The notes below the pieces were generated by a model. That model did not search any database, had not been told where the DNA came from, and worked only from the letters and a program-made list of their open reading frames with translations. A stretch of 64,000 bases of DNA from Centroscyllium fabricii (taxonomy: Eukaryota): positions 63,054,001-63,118,000 of the forward strand of contig JBNRSN020000009.1 of the NCBI GenBank assembly GCA_051313645.2, written 5' to 3'. Both the position numbers and the translations under genes were made by a program. This document shows, piece after piece, positions 59,511 to 64,000 of this stretch (its first letter is position 1; every line of letters begins with the position of its first letter).

Positions 59511-62500
59511 ATTTTGCCTTCAATTTAGTGACAGAAGATGTTATTACTGAAAAATTGAAACCATGAAAATATACTAAAAGGGCTCACTAAGAATTCTTTT
59601 TAAGGTGGCGGTGCAGAATAAAGGGGAGTGCAGTTTGTGCAGGGCTGATCACTTCTCATTATGCAGAGCAAAATTGTTAATACATTGAAAAAGAGCATGT
59701 TTATGGTGTTGCCACATATGATGACAAAAGCTATTTTTTCTCTGCAGTTGCTTATCTATTTGTATGATAAACTGGTTACCAAAACAGAAAAATATATTAC
59801 AAATTGTCTAACATGACCAGTGATAGTTTAATCTAAACAGTGAATTTATCGAATATGTTTCTACCTTAATAAGGAAACAATAATACACCCACTGTTAGTG
59901 GTGATAGATAAGCCAGATGTTATAGTCTCAGAAAAAGAAGATGTTTGCTCGACTTTATAAACGGTTGTCAGTTCCCCTTTAATTGCCCTGTCATTATGAA
60001 TGGGACCGGGTTGAATCTGGACAGCCTATTCAAAACAAAGCTCAGACTTTTAAAATGGGGTTTGCATCTCCGTAGTCTGGTTACAGAATGAAAAATAATC
60101 TCTAGTTGGTAAATGCTCAGCCACAAAGAAACCACAAATTCAAAGGAATAATTAGAATGAAAATGAGCAGTGGTTTCATGTTCACAGTTTCTATTTTCCA
60201 AAGAATATTCAAATAAAAATTGTTATGACATGACATGACAGAGATTGAAAGAATCATTTTAAGTGAACACTGAGTTACAGTTCTCCCACTTCTTTGATAA
60301 ATTCAATTTTATCAAGGTCTTAATGTTTGACTTAAAGGGGAATATTATTAAAGTAGTAAGAAACTGGAGGTTAAGGAATGGAAGAAAAGGTGGAGCCACT
60401 TTGCTAGTGACTTTAGTTATGAATCACATCATATTATTCTATAATTACTTATTCATGCACAATCAATCCCCAAATAATCTTAGCGTCAAATTGATTGCCC
60501 TTCCCCATCCATTTTGTTAAATGGATGCTAAATCAGCAAAAAATATCAATACAAAAACTGAATGTAACTCAGAGTAGAAAATCCATAATAGTTTGCTTAG
60601 CTTGTGTAAAATAACGAGTTTTCAAAAAAAGTAGAATGGTTGAAGGACAGTATTGTTTTTGACATTTTGAAATCCTCATCACCCTTGCCTTGATATTACT
60701 GGCCTTTTCCCTGCCCTTAAACGTATTTTCAGTATAACATATTTGTTTTTTTTAAGTCAAAGCAGGTTGCTTGCAAGAACTTCCCTAATCCAATTGTATG
60801 CAAAAATATTCTTTAGTTCTGGTTTTACTGTTTGCCCAATTTTAACTTATGGACAGTTTTATAGTGCAGTGTATTGGAGCTCTATGAATGGAGCAATGGC
60901 AGTCAGGCCAAGGTTCAGTCCCCGCACTGCTAAAGAATCAGCAGGAATGTTATCCCTCGGCACTCTCATGCATGTCCTAGTAGTCAGTTCAGAGTGACAT
61001 TGGTAGAAGCCTGATAAAAATTTCACTCCACCGTTTTGGCTAGAAGGTGAGTAACTAACAGCAAGCATGAAAGAAGAAACAAAAGAATGAATAAATAATT
61101 TAAAACAAGAATCAGAGGAACAAAAATCCACAGAGGGACAAAAGAGTTTGTAACAGAATTCACTATGTGAAAGCTGACTTTATTGTTCAAGTGGACCACA
61201 TGAAGTATACTGAAGAAGCAAAAGTATTCAAGGAAATTAGGTTAAACAATCGATTACTGCTCATAAGGTACCAAAACTTGAAGGAACGGGGTGTATTAGA
61301 ATAATGACTCTTTTCCTCCTAAACCTGCTGAGAATGAAGTGATGTTGGTCCCCTTTCTCCAACTGCTCTTAACACTCCCAAGTGTTAAACTCAGCGTAGT
61401 CTCTTAACTTATTTCCCATAAACTGATAGGACAAAACTGTCTTTGTACTTAGCACTAATCTAGCTACCTTACTCAGAAAGGCACCAAATGAAGAATGATC
61501 TGGGAAATGGAAATGTCACACTAATGCAGGGGGTACATTTATTGATATTAAGCTCCACTGTTGTAGTGAAGGGGTACACATCCCTTATATCTATCCATTC
61601 CATACCTGATTTAAGAGTGCTATCTGTTGACGCTAACATTTATAAATGCAAAGTACTACGATTTACATCATTATCATTCCTTATACTGAAAAACATATAG
61701 GTAAATTACAATCTACTCTAACGATATATACTATTTGATTTGTTGAGTAAAAATGCATGCGAACATTACTGCAGAAGTTTGAGATGCATTGTGCTAAAGG
61801 GGAGAGCTGTGAAGACTTGTTGGGTGTAGTTTTGAAAACACCACATAAAGTACAAATCAAACAAAAGGGACACTGTCTCTTTCAAATTGCAGAGGCCTGA
61901 AAAAGGGAATCCTATCAAGCACATTTCAGAGAAAGTAAAAGCTTTGGTCTTGTTTCATCGTTTGGAGCTCAACTTTAAAATGAAAATCTCATCACATCTT
62001 TGGTGCTGTCTCTCGTTCGCCTGTAAATTCTATTCAAGTTTTAACAAGAAGACTTCAAAATGAGAAGTAGCTTCAGGACATATTATTTATAAACTGAAAA
62101 TAATAGGCGGTATTATTTTTTATAATTACTTTTAATTTTTTTTTGACTGAGTTCAAAATTAATTAACTCTTTAAGACCTGACAATCCAGAGGATTTGACT
62201 TTTGCTAGATATTTCAGGAATTTAATTTATCCTAATATGCAATAAGAGTTTAAAACTTCAAGTTTTTTTTAAGAAGTCTGTCTATACATGTAACTTAGCA
62301 TAATGAGTTATGACGTATTATTACAGTTTTAGGATGTATTTTATTGAAGAAGTATATCCAACAGGAACTATGAACCTTTCCCTTTAAGCAGCTGCTTACC
62401 TCGACTTTACTATAGCTGTGTGGCAGCGCTCTGATTGATGGCAACTGGTTTGTAATTTTCCCCTCATTCTGTCTGATTACAGCACAATGCAAAATTGTTA

Positions 62501-64000
62501 ACTATGTCTTCATGAAATTAATGTCTTCACTACACAATTTCCTGGGACAAAAGAAGGAGCCGAAAACATCTGTGTTCATTACACTAATTAAACCTTACAT
62601 CAAGATTGAGATGCCTTTATCAGTACATGTATACATTACTTGCTGTTTCTTTTGTTTCATTATTTTAGGTGGGGAGTGGGGGTGGTTGTGTGCCTTTAAG
62701 CCATTTAGAATTATGCTGTCAATTTTATATTTTTAAAATTAAACACATAATTGTTCATTAGTTGTGAAAAGCTGAAGATTTGGTGGTTATATTAGGGAAA
62801 ATATGCATTAGTTGATGACATAAGTATTTTAGTCCCCTTTAACTACAAATATGCTTTGTAAAAATTACAACGATGCAATGTGCTCCAGTTTGCTGTGGCT
62901 TTGTTACAATAATGATAGTAGTTAGTTATAAATAGCAAGTCCCGGCACTGTAGATAAATGCTGCATAAATTAATGTCAACAGGATTATTTAACCTGCTGA
63001 CCAGGTAACTCAACAAGTATGTTATTAACAGTTCAGATCTGAGCAAGTTGCTGAAGTATGTATAGTCAACAAAATGGTAACTTGAAATAAAATTAAGGAT
63101 CTCAGTTCATGTGTAAACTCTGTGCTTGTTTTAAGAATGATTTGTTGACATTTTCTTGCATTATTTAGTTAGGTGCATACCAGTGATTGAATTATTCATC
63201 TTCTGAAAGTCACCTTCTTGTACATAAAAAATGGCCCCAAACTAATTTATTTTTATCAGGAAGGTCACAACAGAGTAATAAACAGGATTAATAGCTAGAA
63301 CAAACCGTTTGCTTTCTTCCAGACCAGTGATCTGCTTTGCAGTTACAAGTGGACTATTTGCTGATAAAGTGAAAACAAATCATATTGTCCAATTTGTCTG
63401 TTGTTGTACTTCATTCATTGCAAAAATCAATTTGTCTATCATAAAACACATTTGGCTGTGTAAAAGAAAAATTTAAAATAATATAAATATTGTTCTTGTA
63501 TAATGTATGCTTGGCTTGATAAATTCAACCAACAGGCTGAGTTGAGTAAACTACAAGTGGTTAAAAATTAAAAGTAAAAACATGTGAAACATTGGAACAG
63601 CATAATAAAGATTGGTGGTAGAAGGAGTGAAACAAACAATAAAGCTTTTGTTCGATGTACGATCAGGAGCCCCGATATTTAATCACCAAGTACCCAATTA
63701 GGGATGTGGTAAAACTGGACTACCTAACAATGCAAAGACTGAAATTTTATCCAACTTTGATCATTTTGGATTGATGTGTACTTTAGGTAGTCAATACTTA
63801 TAATCTTGACGGGTGCTCTTTACAGCTTGTGGCTAAAGAGGAAAAAGATGCACAAGAAGTCATGCCTGATGTCAACATGCAGATGGTGATTTTCACCTTC
63901 ACCGTCTGGGCGGTAATCTGGGGGAGTGGATTGTCCCGCCATCAGTGGGTTCTATAACAGGTGGGCAATCTGCTCCTCCAGATTATCAACCAGATGGTGA

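Noticed and set aside
59968-63046. Short ORFs in the AT-rich right end
   Set aside because: Lengths and composition are as expected by chance; no motifs.
63826-63890. Short exon-like stretch LVAKEEKDAQEVMPDVNMQM
   Set aside because: The apparent donor coincides with a GGTGATTTT MITE-like end, and the stretch is too short to support.

Overview
Eukaryotic, repeat-saturated DNA, most likely from a cartilaginous fish (inferred from shark-type DeuSINE/V-SINE, CR1, Rex1/Babar and Penelope remnants). No host gene is confidently identifiable. About 0-59.5 kb is a stack of nested transposons: seven internal-domain Ty3/Gypsy LTR retrotransposons plus solo LTRs, PIF/Harbinger elements and MITEs, LINE fragments and SINEs. 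The last ~4.5 kb is AT-rich and mostly unique. Main finding: one Gypsy lineage, present as five independent copies, has no tRNA primer-binding site. Instead, the 13-14 nt after each 5' LTR are the exact reverse complement of the same LTR's poly(A)-signal segment, with compensatory changes between copies, suggesting tRNA-independent self-priming and/or poly(A)-site masking. The same lineage has YLDN instead of YxDD in RT, an array of YY1-like motifs between gag and protease, and one copy integrated with two inverted U3 ends. Coordinates were counted by eye and may be off by a few bases; family names come from motif recognition, not database searches.
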